Positions 40,456 through 55,059 of a DNA stretch of 64,000 nucleotides are shown piece by piece (position 1 is the first letter of the stretch; every line of letters starts with the position of its first letter). This DNA comes from Eledone cirrhosa (lineage: Eukaryota). Made by a program: the position numbers and the translations under genes. The stretch lies in NCBI GenBank assembly GCA_964016885.1, contig OZ024740.1:329778001-329842000 (forward strand), read 5' to 3'. Under the pieces are notes generated by a model, which did not search any database, was not told where the DNA came from, and saw only the letters and a list, made by a program, of their open reading frames with translations.

Positions 40456-41427
40456 CTGCAAAATGAGACCCAATTATCCTCACCCAGCTATTTTCGTGTT
40501 CGATAAATGCTTTAGCGTTAATACATTATTGTATTATGAAAATAGCACATAAAGTCCCGTGCTTCAGGTTCTTCTCTAAAATCGCCTAATGTTTTCTCAT
40601 TTAAAAAAATGCCACTAATTGTACTGACAGAATCATGTGAAATTACTCCAGTCGTTTAAAACTTGGATTGTTTTCGAGTTCAAACTGCTTGCTATTATAT
40701 GTAACCCATTGATTCAAGTCATTCTCCGGAAATGCAAGCAACTTAACTGAATATAATTTACTGGCAGTCAATGATCCGTATTTTGCATATACGAATCCGA
40801 GCAGAGACAGTAATATTCCGATACTCTAATTTGTAAAATAAAATACAACAGAGAAATATTGCTACTTTCCTAAGTAGCAATATTTTTTAGTTTGAATCAA
40901 TTTTAAAATAACCATATGGAAACTCAGGATATTCAATGTAACTGCAAAATGAGACCCAATTATCCTCACCCAGCTATTTTCGTGTTCGATAAATGCTTTA
41001 GCGTTAATACATTATTTTATTATGAAAATAGCACATAAAGTCCCGTGCTTCAGGGTCTTCTCTAAAATCGCTTAATGTTTTCTCATTTAAAAAAATGCCA
41101 CTAATTGTACTGACAGAATCATGTGAAATTACTCCAGTCGTTTAAAACTTGGATTGTTTTCGAGTTCAAACTGCTTGCTATTATATGTAACCCATTGATT
41201 CAAGTCATTCTCCGGAAATGCAAGCAACTTAACTGAATATAATTTACTGGCAGTCAATGATCCGTATTTTGCATATACGAATCCGAGCAGAGACAGTAAT
41301 ATTCCGATACTCTAATTTGTAAAATAAAATACAACAGAGAAATATTGCTACTTTCCTAAGTAGCAATATTTTTTAGTTTGAATCAATTTTAAAATAACCA
41401 TATGGAAACTCAGGATATTCAATGTAA
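40456..41427. repeat. 486-bp near-identical tandem duplication
   Basis: 40456-40941 and 40942-41427; about three substitutions seen; ctg microhomology at junction. Confidence 0.92.
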
Positions 41428-41931
41428 CTGTAACAAATGTGGCTGCTGCTGTTGATGTGTAGCCGAAAGTTAGGTTATGAATGACAGAAACAACCGACTG
41501 CCATATTACTCCAAACCACTGATAAAAATATACACCATACATCGAAATTGATACAAAATTATTTAACTCACATTTATTCCATTATTTTGATAGTTAGCAT
41601 GGAAAAGTTAATAACAATTGTTAAATATTTTTATCGACCCTACAGGCGTGAACGGCAGACATATTGCCGGGGAAATTTGTACTCGCAGTTTTGCGTGAAT
41701 TTAATCAAAAACTTCATAGTACATTCTACAATAAATTTATGTCTACAGACATACTAACTGATTAGCATGAGCTGCACGACATTCGTAATAGCATCAAAAG
41801 AAATATATCTTAAACAAGTTGGCTAGGACATAAGGTTCTTGCAATATCAGTATTTCCTTTAAAATGGATTGAATTATAGAATGGTATATCTATTTATTAC
41901 GAGCTGGTGTGTTGCAGCCTTCAAACCATTT

Positions 41932-42460
41932 CTTCTTCTTCTTCTTCTTCTTCTTCTTCTTCTTCTTCTTCTTCTTCTTCTTCTTCTTCTTCTTCTTCTT
42001 CTTCTTCTAGGCCCACTTATTCCGGCGTATCTCGTTGGAGCAAAATATTTGAGCACACCTTCCAGCGGATCCTGTCAGAAGCCAGCTTCCTCCATTAATC
42101 CGGCTGGATACCCAAGTAAGCCCAACTGATCTAGTTGCTATTATCCACTGATCTATTTTGTGTCCTATCGCTGTGTCATTTGTTGGCTGGTTTTCCCATA
42201 GAAACTGTCAGCGTTTCTGTCCTGAGTCATTATAACCACATATCCGTAGTATCACAAGACTGATCCTATCAATTCGGAAATGTAGTGGCTCAAACAGTGG
42301 TGAAACTCTGACCTCCGAGCTACGCACTCTTTCAAGTAATGCTACACCAGAGATCTTTTGCAGGAATTCTATTTCGACATCTTGCTTTAGCCATCGTATT
42401 TGTTCTGTCATTACGCAACCCTCAAGACCATAGACAAGTGTTGGCACACAAATTCGTATG
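41932..42460 (-). mobile_element. RTE-type LINE 3' fragment with (GAA)n tail
   Basis: PTLVYGLE..EIEFLQKISGVALLERVRSSEVR; (CTT)n at 41932-42008. Confidence 0.7.
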
Positions 42461-42589
42461 TTGCTGAAATGTAATAAGCTGCACCAAAGTCGTGGCTTGA
42501 CCCAATTTGAACATTCCTACAAAACCACAACAATTGGACTGGCTTGACCCAGTTTCAACTTTCTTACAAAACCACCACATTTGGACCGG

Positions 42590-43483
42590 CCAAATATCTT
42601 GAAACAACAAACGACTGAATGAGAGAAAAACAAGTTGCTACTGATTTCAGGACAGACATACAAGCTAAACAGACAGGAAGAACTTTGGTAACTGTAGTTG
42701 CGAAGAAGAGAAAGTTTAGGAATAAGTGCATGCAGAATATGCAACAAGGTGGGAGCAGAAAACTCTACATGGCAACTATGTTACCGGTAACAAAGAAACG
42801 GATACTGACCAGAAGCACATGCAATAATGGCTACGAAGCTCACCGCTAAATGCAGAGAGTTAAGCCTTCATCTTATCTACGCAAGATCAAATCTTATTAA
42901 ATCGGAACTACTAAGGTATTACGATGAGAAATGGAGTAGCTCCAAATTGCATATTCTTCATTGATGAGATACCAACAGTGGACCACATAATCTCTGGACT
43001 AAAGTTTTTAGCATCAGTAGAGAATATACCAAGGCATGGTTTTCATGTCAGCATTATAAAATCAAACTGCTGATAAGTGGTATAAGCACATCCCTGAGGC
43101 TATAACTGGAGAAAATATAACAACTCTTTGGGACATTCCTGTACATACAGATAGAACTCTCAAACCTAACAGTCTGGATATTATTGTAAAAGTAAAAAAT
43201 AACAAATCTTTTTATTGTTAGATATGAGCATCCGATGTGCTTACAATATTACGGTAAAGGATTTTGATAGTCTCATGAATATATGGATTTGCTTATTGAA
43301 ACTGAAAAGAATGTGGCATCTCAAGATGGTTACAAAACTAAACATTGTGGGAGAACTAGTGCTGAGCAAAACGGAAGAGAATATTATTTGAGAAGGAAAC
43401 CAAGCTTACCATTACTACAAGTTGTCCAAAAAATTGTTTTAACTGGAGCGGCACACATATTGAGAAATGCACTACCACTGTGA
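42590..43483 (+). mobile_element. Degraded R4/Dong-like (RLE) LINE C-terminus
   Basis: LWDIPVHTDRTLKPNSLDIIV and VQKIVLTGAAHILRNAL resemble restriction-like endonuclease C-termini. Confidence 0.65.
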
Positions 43484-46154
43484 GTATGGTAATTCTCTAT
43501 GCGTTCTTTACACAATTTTATTTGATTATATTCCATAATTATTTAAGTTGGGAATAATCAAACAATCGTATACGATTGATTATAATCTTGTTGTAAATAT
43601 AATTCTAAACAGATAATATTGACATGTATGTACCAAATGATCTGCTTGCAAATGTGCGTGAAGGGAAACATCTGGTATGTTCATTTTTGTGGCTTATTAA
43701 TATATGATGTGAGTTTCCGGGCCATAGATGATGCGAAACACTTGACAAAGAAAAGAAAACAAAACTTAGGAAATAGGCAAAATTCAAATAATAATATCAA
43801 TAATAACAATAGCAATAATATTAATGGAATTCAAGTTAAAAAAGAAGCAGCAAAATGAATGGGTTTCTTGAACATATTCTAACTAAAGATATAACTCAAA
43901 TAAGAGATTTATTGCAGCGATCTACTCTATTGTTATGCGACGAATTAGGAAAGACAGATGGAAAGACACACTGGAAAAAGAATAAAAAAAAGTATACGAA
44001 GACATAGAGAGGAGATATCAGAAGAGCGTAGTGGAAGTACACATATAAATGAGAAAATGGAGAATTGGACAAACGATATAAGCTAAAAGCAAAACTTTCT
44101 TCACATAAATAGAACATAGACAGAGATTTACTGCAAAGGGTGGAAAGTTGAAGCAATATAATAATCGCATTATATAGTTTGAAGGCAGCAAATCAATGTA
44201 GTTTCTGCAAATAACTAAACTCTATCGATGGAGAGACCGTTGTACTAAATTCTTCCCAGGAAACAGAGTTTTCGAAAGAGAGTTGGGGAAGTGACGTTCA
44301 TACAAATAAGATGTGGAGAGATACAATTGAGAAAATAGGGAAATGTTTAAATAGAATTGTGCGATATTAAGGCAAAATGAATGTTCCTTATTGGAAAGCA
44401 AAAGGTCGTGATAGAATACATGATTAATGACTGAAAAATTATAACAATATAATAAACATTTAACGTTCGCATTATAAATGTTTCCATATTTGTTGTCAGA
44501 AGGAACAACAACAATAATGATGAAGGACCCAGCAAAGAAACAGAAGTTTATAATTATCTACCAGAGCTGTTCTTGGTTTACTGTGGAAAATATTTACAGG
44601 AATAATCAGTGACGATTTCTACCTCCGTTTGAATTAAAGCGAAAGGTATATAGACGAAAGTGTTTAAGAACCAAATCAAATTAGCATGTCTCAGTAATTT
44701 ATCTGGAACATCTAAATATTAACAGGACGCTTATTGAATAATCCCTTCAGCGTTAACTCCTAATGGTATGAATATTGAAGACGGAGCTGCGGATATATGA
44801 AATGGGTGTGTGATTAGAAGCATAGAATCTTTAAAGTGAATCGGTGCTTGTGTAGGCTTACTTTTGTTGTTATTATCATTGACTGAGATTATAATTACAT
44901 TCGGTGTGTGTTAATACGAGATTTATATCGAAATAATGCTGCTTCTGAGGAACTTACTGGAGCAAACTATTCACATTCGTCTCCTGTGATATCAAATAAA
45001 AGAAAAATTGTCATCAAAGTTTGGGTTTCTTGACTTTAACACTATGCTATTCGCATAAATGAATACAAAGTCAAATATCAATACATACCCATAACCTATT
45101 TAACAAGAAATAGTTGAACTTCAACATGAAGTTCAAAATGAGATGAAGATTAATGAAGAGAGTACATGACATCCTATTTTCATTAACTTCTTGATCTGAC
45201 ATTTGAAGACAATGGTACTATTTTTCTAGTAATGTTATTTCCTTTTATTAAAGCTTCATTAATTATCCTAACGTAGTTGATTATTTTAACTCCCGTTTAG
45301 TATAAATAATAGTTACAGAATCGGGTAAAGTACGCAAGTGATCATTAATATAATCATCAGTGTCAAGAAGACAGGGTTTAAATTTAAAATTCTTATTTTA
45401 AAGAATAAGAAAATATGTGATAGAACAACATTTTATATGACAGTTTCAACTAATTGATTTCTGTCGTATGCTATTCTTGATAACGACATTTTTATATATG
45501 TGTATATATATAGTGCAGTGAGGCCAAGGCCTCTACATACAAACTAATAAGGAAGCACATGTGTCTTCTAAGCTATAGAGTACCTAAATATATCACACGT
45601 TCAAATGGTGTTGTAGTTAGCAAGCATCTCTTTATATTCCACTTTGTCACGTGGATACTTTTGTACACTGCAATTTTCCACGTTCCTGAATGCGGGGTGC
45701 AATGTGTATTCGATTAATATCCATTTTATCAAGAATCATCAATAATCACCAATTATATTTTACAATTTGATATTAAAGCGTACATCCATGAGCAAACTGT
45801 GGATCTTTTTTCCATTACATTAACCAAATACGTATGTTTAAAATTTGGTACATTTCGTTAGATTTCAATCCATATGTTTGAAAGCTAGATGTACACTTCA
45901 TTAGTTCCGTAATAGCTTCCTTGATGTTCTGAGTGCCTTGTTATTAAATTTTATTTGAGACAAAATTTGTTTTCGCAAGGAAAACAAACTATCACATTTT
46001 TCTAAACCTACATAGTTGAAAGGTCACGTAGACTATGAAGACATTCGATCCCATATTGAAAAGGGCTTTAAATGTATTTATTTGCACTATTGTTTGTTTA
46101 TCCCTTCAATCATGATGAGAGATGTATGTTTATTTATTGACATTATAAATACAG

Positions 46155-46342
46155 GTTTGGTGGATTGGCTGTATCGGTAGAGGGTCGGACGCCATGCTAT
46201 GACACATAGAGTTTAGGCCCTTGCCATTCTGAGTTCAAATCCCGCCGAGATTAACTTTGCCGTTCATCCTTACGGGGTTCATAACATGAAGTACCAGTAA
46301 TGCACTGGTTTAATTGCTGGGCTTGTGCCAAAAATAGAAACA
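46155..46342 (+). mobile_element. tRNA-derived SINE (family 1)
   Basis: A/B boxes; attataaa(t/c)acaggttt on both sides. Confidence 0.85.
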
Positions 46343-47777
46343 TATTATAAACACAGGTTTAGTTTCCAGTGTCCTCTTCCGATTTATTTGAAGACAGTCA
46401 CATACATTGGAATTTTTTTCATTTTAAATATTTGTAATTCAAAAAGAAATAACCACTCATACTCCATCATTCATGAAATGTATACGATTATCATTCTGAT
46501 ATTTGACGTAAATTTTGTCTTGTCCTAAATGTTGAAATGTTGAATGTTTATTTGACTATCATGATTGATTGTATCTATTTTGTTTCCTTATTTTCATTAT
46601 AATGCTAACTCTCTACATACAAACTCACAAAGGATGTGTGATCACACAATTTGTATAGCATGAATCATCCAGGTTTAAAGCTATGTTGTGATATTTGAGA
46701 GGCAACCATTAGAAAGTAAACATTTGTAATCGTGAAAAACATATCCAGATGGATACACTGAAATAATATCTGATAAACCTGCAAGAGATAGGTATTCTCT
46801 GACATTTAAAGTTTCATTACAGAAGACTTATGAACTTTTGATTCCAGAGTCGAGTCCGATCAATATAGGTCGAACCTTGAGCTGATCAATCGCGAAACGC
46901 ACGTCGCATCTGAATAAACTTAATGATGATTTGTTCTCAATGTATTTGTATTGCGAACCACTTTATATATTTTGTTAATCTGTTTTTCTTGAGTTTCTCT
47001 TGTTTCCCACGGGACCATATTTAGTATTTAGCCTTAATACTATGAATATTCACATGTCTACGTCGGTACGGTATTTAGTACGCTTTTCTCTCAGAGGTCA
47101 TACGTATATATATATATATTTTTTTTCTTTATATGTTGTACACACACGATAGACACCAGGGGTCACTTGTTGTCCTTCTCCGACTAAAATCATTCCCCCT
47201 CGGAAAATCCCCAGTTGATGGATGTGAAATCCGAAATATAGACACAATTAAATCATTTCCAAGGTAACTCTATCTCGTGTTATTATTTTTACACAGGGGG
47301 TGTCCTGACGTACAAGACTACGAAATGAACGCATACATATGTGTGATTGTGTATGTATGTACATGTATGTATGAATGTGTGTATGTGGGTTGTGTGTATA
47401 CATGTATATATTTCTGTGTGGGCTCATGTAGGCGTATGAGAATATATATTTGTGTGCACACATGTGTCTGTCTGTGTGTACGACAGTGGGTTGTGTGCAT
47501 GCACGGATGTATGCAGGTATGTACACCTAGGCCTGTGCAAGAGTACCTGTAAGGACGGATATACACACACACGCACAATTGTGAGTGTCTGTAATTATAC
47601 ATGTGTGTGCGTGTGTTTATATGTCCGTGTATGTAAATACATATGTCTATATGGGTGGAAATACGTACGTGTGTATGTCTATATATATAAATATCTAGTT
47701 TTTCGAATATTAATAATAACATTCGATTCATTTGCGATTTTGCAGACACGCCTCAATTTTATACGTAAGTATGAATG

Positions 47778-47842
<65 letters not shown>

Positions 47843-50800
47843 GTGTATATATATATATGTGTTATGTACATATATATATGTAAATGTGTGGATTCGTGTA
47901 TGCATGTATCTATGTATGAGGGTGTGGGTGGGTGTATGTCGAGGAACGTGCAAACTCGGGGCAGGCAAGGCAGATGAGAACCTCCTCTCCACGTAGCAGT
48001 AATTCTGGCGACAGAATTAAGGTGAATGACAGCTCACGCCTAAATTGAATTAGATAGAGGGCAGTTTTGAATAGCCAAACATACAGATTGCGACTCGAAC
48101 TCTTGACCAATGGATGGGCCGCGTAAACAGGATTTGCTTCGAAATCACTAGACGTACTTGAGGAACTTGCGAATCCAGAGTCAGGTTCGATCCACAAATA
48201 GATGTTGATGTTGATGTTGATAAACATTTTCATCTGAGTATATTGATGCAGAGTAAAAACAAGTATGAACTGATTTAGTCAAGAACATAACCAGCTCTAG
48301 AAATCGAACCCGCAACATTGTGCTTTAAAGCCCAATAAATCTATCACTAGGCCATCAGACTTTATGCATGTGAAAGCATTTGAATATGAATAAATTCGAG
48401 TAGCCACAAGCGTAATACCCATGCATTACATTATATCAGAAGTGTATAAAACGCTATGGTTGGTTATGTATTAATTCTGGAATACGGGAATGATTGTGTC
48501 TTAATTTATGAGAGAAACGTACAGTATCTTTTACAGAAGCAGTCTTTATTACTCAATTTATCTCTTAATTTCTGGACGATTTAGCTTGAATTGTTTATCT
48601 ATTTATTCTTACATCCAGTCGCTTTCAGAATTGGAATGTTGTAGGCGAAAATGATTTGAGAAAATGTTAAATTGATTTGAAGCTTGATAAAAGGAACAAC
48701 AGACAAATGCTGTTGGATTTAAAACTCGTACTTATTTTTGAAAATGAAAATGATATCAGATCATATTTTGAAGTGGATTTTGAATAGATAACAAAACCTA
48801 ATAGCTAAACGCATTAATATGATGTAAGTAAACGCATTAATATGATGTAATATGATATATTCCTCTGACTCCTGATCCAGTGTCGGCAACTTTCGTTTGC
48901 GTTATGCTGGGCGTAAATAATTTATCAGAGTTAATTGAAAATGTTAGCATATTTTCTCTATGGATTTCAATTGTCGAAGTCAAGCATTTGTGTCACAATA
49001 TTCAGAGCTTAAATCCACGTTTATCATTGTGAGTTTCTCAGAATTAATTCTTTAGTGTTAGCATTAACAGAAACAATATCCTTGTTCCCTAAACCAGGAA
49101 GATCAAAATATCAATGCCACATCATTAAGTGAACATTTAAGTAAATTTCTCTCTAAACTACCTCGTTAATATTCACGAGTCTCTACGTCAAATTTCCCAT
49201 GATAGACGAGATACATTTAAAGATCAGTGAGAGTAAAGCAATATCTTTATTTAAGATAATAATGCTGCTAACATTTCAGAATACCAAATTCAATGATGAT
49301 CGCTATATGACGCCTAAAAGACCACGGACACCTGCTATATATTTGAAATAATTTCTGTCCTTAGAATTTTATCAATTTCACTCGGGTTAAGAGGTTTCGT
49401 TACATTTTTAAACTATTGATATTTTATTCATTTTATATTCCTTATTAGCATTGCTAATCTAAATCATTAATTGATTTTATATGTGAAGTAGCAAATATAA
49501 TGTCTTCTTCCTTCGAATAACATTGCACCGCAATATGTTTAAATATCAGGAATGCGAACATACCATATTGTTGCGCGAAAATGGATTGTACCATACATCC
49601 CAATATGATTTCTAGTGTTTAAAATGCGAGGACCGTGATATACCATCTCTATACAGAAATTATATAATGTATTATGTATCTCATTAATCTTTTCCGGTTA
49701 AGTTATATTAATAACACTCAAAACAGGGCCATAAACAAATATATATGTATACATTCGTCAATGTGTATATACGATCGTCTCTCCACTAATTTCATAAGTA
49801 ATTATTAACATATTCCATCAAGCAATAACTACTTCCTCCTCTGTTGTTTGTATATAATTATAAACTGCATTATCATTGATATCAGAGCGTTCCATTAATG
49901 AATTAGACGCCACTTTCAACATTCCTCAAATTCACCTCAATATCAGTCTCATTAACGCCGAATGCTTCAGTTTCTACTTCCATTCAGTCTTTAAATTTTG
50001 TTTGAGATAAACTAAAATTACCGTGGTCTTAATAAAGTTTAATAAGCATGTTGGGTGGGTAATGATTGTATCAATCCCGGGGTGAGAGAATTACAATATT
50101 TTATTCACATCAATTCGGCTTACCTCCAACTTGTGTAACTAGTTTTCTGTGACATGTTATACCATCGTAGATTTTAACTACGCCTCTATTTCACCTCTTC
50201 TCATTCATGATATTTCTATATGTTTTTTAGACATTGGAAACATCAGTATATTATTAATGATATTTTAATATTATTGTTTCTATTATTTATGCAGTCCATT
50301 TTCCATATTGAGATGAGTGCCATATTTCCAGGCATTCCGCATTCCTCATAATTTGATGCAATTCTTTTTCCCATTCGTAATCAGGCTATTAGATACTGTT
50401 CAAAATAACATTTTTATATATTCTTTTGTGTTTATATACAATCATTTCTCCTATAATTATTTAAGTAATTTTTCATGAATTTCCTCAAGCATTATGGTCT
50501 TCCCCTTCTACGTTTCTGTATATAGCTAACGAAAGTTTCTATAGATTAAAAATATATTTAAGAAAAGTAGTATTCGAAGTAAAAGACAATATTGTGACCA
50601 ATATTAGTTTCGAAATAATTGTAGTTGTTTTGATATTCACTTAAGAATGGATTTTATGTAACAGGTATCAATTAGATACTTGGTATTTACAATTTCAATT
50701 ATGAAGTATCGTGGACCCTCTTTGGTCAGGAAAGATCAGATATTTGCATCTAAAAAGTTCCCCTTTGAGGCACAAACCCGTCCAAGGTATTCTGTATAGA

Positions 50801-50924
50801 AAGATAGCAGTCGCCCTTGCATATATGTCTCTTAAACTAAGGCCAACGATATTATTTAAGGCAAAATGCAAAGGTTAATAGCGCTTGACATGAATGACGT
50901 CATAGCGCATTTCTTCAACTTGAG

Positions 50925-51032
50925 GGAACTGCTGCAACGTGAAATAAAGTGTTACGCTTAAAGACACAACGCATCAGCCGGTCGGACAAGTAAAACTCGC
51001 AACCTCACAAATTGTCAGCCAAGCGCGCTAGT
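50925..51032 (-). mobile_element. SINE family 2 5' fragment
   Basis: gcaacgtgaaataaagtgttacgcttaaagacacaacgc..aactcgcaacc. Confidence 0.55.
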
Positions 51033-51114
51033 TATATTTCTTACAAACAAATGTAATGTTAGTATAGTCATATTGACACCATCGGCGTATTCTGATAATA
51101 CCCCACACACACAC

Positions 51115-51152
<38 letters not shown>

Positions 51153-51234
51153 ATAATAATAAATTTCAAGACTAAAATCCAAAGAGGGCTCGATAAAGAT
51201 AAATATATATCAAATATATAAGAACCGTAGAGCA

Positions 51235-52531
51235 AATAATTATTAAAATAACAGATTAAAGTTTAAGCAAAGAATCGTTGCTTTCACCCTTAACGGGACC
51301 TTCTGAAACTAACAAAGTCAATCTGTAAACGCAGAAGTGAATATTTCAAAAAACGTTGCAACCGGAGGAAGACAGGAAGACGATACTTTGATTCGTGGAA
51401 ACGTTCCCTGGCAAAGTACGGGAAAAAAACCAATATAATACGTCATTAATTGGAGCGGTGAAAAACAATTACACGCGAAGACAGAACCACGTTTATGGTA
51501 TAAAAGAAGTCGTAGACTAATATTCTATTAGGTGGTTCATAGAGACGGTCTCTGGCAATGAACGGAAAAAACGAAGATAATACGTCATATGTGGAGCGTG
51601 AAGAACAATTGCACGCAAAGACAAAACCACCAAATTTGCATAGGTAAATATATATTACCTGTATGTTTTGTGAGAGTACGTATTCTTTCTCGTACGTATA
51701 TTTGATTGTATATGTTATGGCGTATATTTTATATATTCTGGTTCGTATGCTTTTGGTTATGTGTATACGTAAGTTTTACGTTTGTGTGAGTATGCGGGTT
51801 CGTACGTATGTAGGGTGTGTGTATATGTGTATATGTGTACGTGGTTTGGTTGACGTACGTCTCTGAACATTTGTGTATTTACATGTGTGCGCTTGTTATA
51901 TACGTAATTATTTATATACGTTTATTTAATTATTTGTATACACACACACACACACACATATTTATATGTGCGTGTATTTGTATACCTATGGGGGTTGTTT
52001 TCGCGTATGCTTGTGTATGTACGTATTTGGATGCGTGTATGTATTTATTTAATTTCAATTACCTCTGTATTATTTTACTTTATTCTTAACTCTGAAGCGG
52101 AGAATCATTCAGTTTCCTAGTTAGAATTTTAGTCTACGACTTCAGTTATACCATTTCCGTGGTTTTGTCTTTGCGTGCAATTGTTCTCTACGCTCCACAT
52201 ATGACGTATTATCTTCGTTTTTTCCGTTCCCTGCCAGAGAACGTCTCTATGAACCACCTAAGAGAATATTAGTCTACGACTTCTTTTATACCATAAACGC
52301 GGTTCTGTCTTCGCGTGAAATTGTTTTTCACCGCTCCAATTAATGACGTACTATATTCGTGTTTTCCCGTTTTTTTCCCGTTCTTTGCCAGGGAACGTTT
52401 CCATGAACCAAAGTATCGTCTTCCTGTCTTCCTCCGGTTGCAACGTTTACAGATTGACTTTGTTAGTTTCAGAAGATCCCGTTAAGGGTGAAAGCAGCGA
52501 TTCTTTGCTTAAACTTTAATGTGTTATTTTA

Positions 52532-52536
<5 letters not shown>
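51235..52536. mobile_element. Fold-back unit with ~400-bp inverted arms and terminal HHR-like motifs (51261-51309 minus, 52466-52514 plus)
   Basis: 51235-51630 inverted against ~52158-52536; gttt CAGAAGA t ccc-gttaa-ggg t GAA agca..tgcT T aaac. Confidence 0.8.
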
Positions 52537-52580
<44 letters not shown>

Positions 52581-53370
52581 GTGTGAGTGTGTCTGTGTGC
52601 GTGTGTGTGTTTGAATACATGCATAGATGACATCAGCAAACTCACTTAAAAATTAAGGATATTATTACAAATTACGTTGCACAGAAAATTGTTCAAATAA
52701 AATGAATTGTAGTTTGTTTTGTTTTTGAATATAGCTAAAGTTTCAGAAATAATCATGGTCATATTATTAGCTTTTGGACTGACCAGTTCGGTCTGCGTCC
52801 ATTTTTAATGTTTCACTTAGGATTGTGTTTTTGTTTGATATATTTACTCTCAAATGCTGCTATGATCGTCTTGAATTATATCTTACATGGGTTGTTGATT
52901 CTCACGCAACCTGTTGCATCTTTATTGTCGATTACGACGAAACATATACAACCTATGGAAAGGCATGTTATTTTGGTTTGAACATAAAAACCAATTATTT
53001 GATTTGACCATAAAATCGCTATTTTGGTTTGACCAGATGGACCCGGTAATCAGAGACCGGCAGGCATATAAACAACAGCAACACTTACTGCCTAGCCCTG
53101 TAATAAAAATAACAAACACAATTTCGAGCGAATTTTTAAAATCGTTTGAGGAATGTTTTCTCCCCTTTCTAATTTTTTCAAAGTTTTGTGAAAAAGTTTA
53201 TACCATCTCATGAGCTAAGCATAGTAAAATGGATGGGAAGAAAGCTAATTAGTGATCGACCTCAATGAAATATGTATCAGGGACATGAAAATAAACGTGA
53301 ATACAACATATGGCTTTCGAACTATATAGTAATTTCTCTCACTCTCTGTATATATATATATATATATGTG

Positions 53371-53502
<132 letters not shown>

Positions 53503-53752
53503 GTTTTGCGAGGTTTTTTATATGAAATCGTGTGTCGAAACAAATATTGTTATACTTGGGGAGGGTCATATTTGTCTAATATTGCCAGAATTAATAACAG
53601 AATACAATCACTGTTTGGTTGATTTTCGCTTTTCGCTTCTGTGTCTTTTATATCGGTAATCTAATTTATTCGGTCCTCAATGTTGCCATTGACTGACCAA
53701 CGGTCAAAAATAATACAGATACAATATAGACACAAACACATATATATAGTTT

Positions 53753-53794
53753 ATCAAAGTTCTTTCGTTGCACATCTGCAACATCGTCAGTGGT
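53753..53794 (-). ncRNA. Minimal hammerhead ribozyme (family A1); G5U-mutated twin at 56306-56347
   Basis: acca CTGACGA t gttgca-gatg-tgcaac GAAA gaac TT tgat. Confidence 0.65.
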
Positions 53795-54925
53795 GCTATT
53801 GTTTCCTCCCGTTGCATTGTATTTTCTACGCCATCTTTATTTAGCCTGTTTATATATTTATTTATTTGTTTATTTTATTTTGTCTTCTTTGCGCATGCAT
53901 TTGCGTGTGTGTATAGTGTTTTGTTTGATGTGTGTTCGTGATTGGGTGACTGTGTATTGGTTAATGTATTCTATCTTTACTATGTGTTTGTTGTTATAGT
54001 GCTTGTGTATGAATTTATTTATTTATTTATCTAGTTACTTATACTTCTCTTAAGTCAAACAATGGCATACCACCCTTGTATGGGCTCCACAAAGACGACA
54101 AGACAGTCGACGACCCGACAGCATGACCACCAACAAGACCCGTATGCGGAGCTAATATAGCTAGCAACTACAGGATCTCCTACTTCTTCTCAATGGTTAT
54201 ACGCCCCATAATCAAGATGTCCCCAGATGTATGTGACATTACAGAGGACCTCCTCAGCAGAATCAGTGAGAGCAACAAAAACAGGAACCTATCCAACTGC
54301 ATAATAGGCAGCATGGATGAGGTATCACTGTACCCATCCATTAACATTGATTTTGCTGTGGAAAAATGTGTAGAGATGATCATTGAGTGTGAGGTGGAGT
54401 TCTGCGACGTCGACACAGACGAACTCGGCCTCCTACATAGACTTACCTACGACACTGACTACCCAGACAGCCATGACCTTAAACGTTTCTGCCCTAGTAG
54501 ACCCATAAGAGGTAGACCCTCCACCATAACCTCAATGGCAAAAAGACTCCCATGGGAAGGTGGATTGGGTGGACCAAAGCTATACGGACCCCCCAAAACA
54601 ATGATCAGGTAAGAAAAATGGTCGCACATGCAATAGGGGCTAGTATCAAAACTACCCTAAAGGGCTACATATTCAAGTTCAACGAGAAGATCTACACCCA
54701 AAATGAGGGAGCAGCCATTGGCGTCAGCATAGCTGGTGATGTTGCCAACGTTTTAAAGGCATGGTGGGAAAGGAGACTTAAATATCTCCTTAATGAGAGC
54801 TCCATAGACCTCATTATGTACTCTTGTTACGTAGACGATATCAATATAGTTATAAGAACATCCCCACTAGAGAGCACTAACAAGTTTGATTTAGAACGTA
54901 GCACAATGGAAAGCATCCAGCAGAT

Positions 54926-55059
54926 AGCTAATTCCATACACCAGAGTATAACTGTAACTATCGACTTCCCTTCCAAACACCCTAACAATAAGTCTATTGT
55001 TAGGGTGTTTGGAAGGGAAGTCGATAGTTACAGTTATACTCTGGTGTATGGAATTAGCT
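54926..55059. repeat. Perfect 65-bp-arm hairpin inside PLE RT region
   Basis: 54926-54990 inverted at 54995-55059, agtc loop. Confidence 0.92.
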
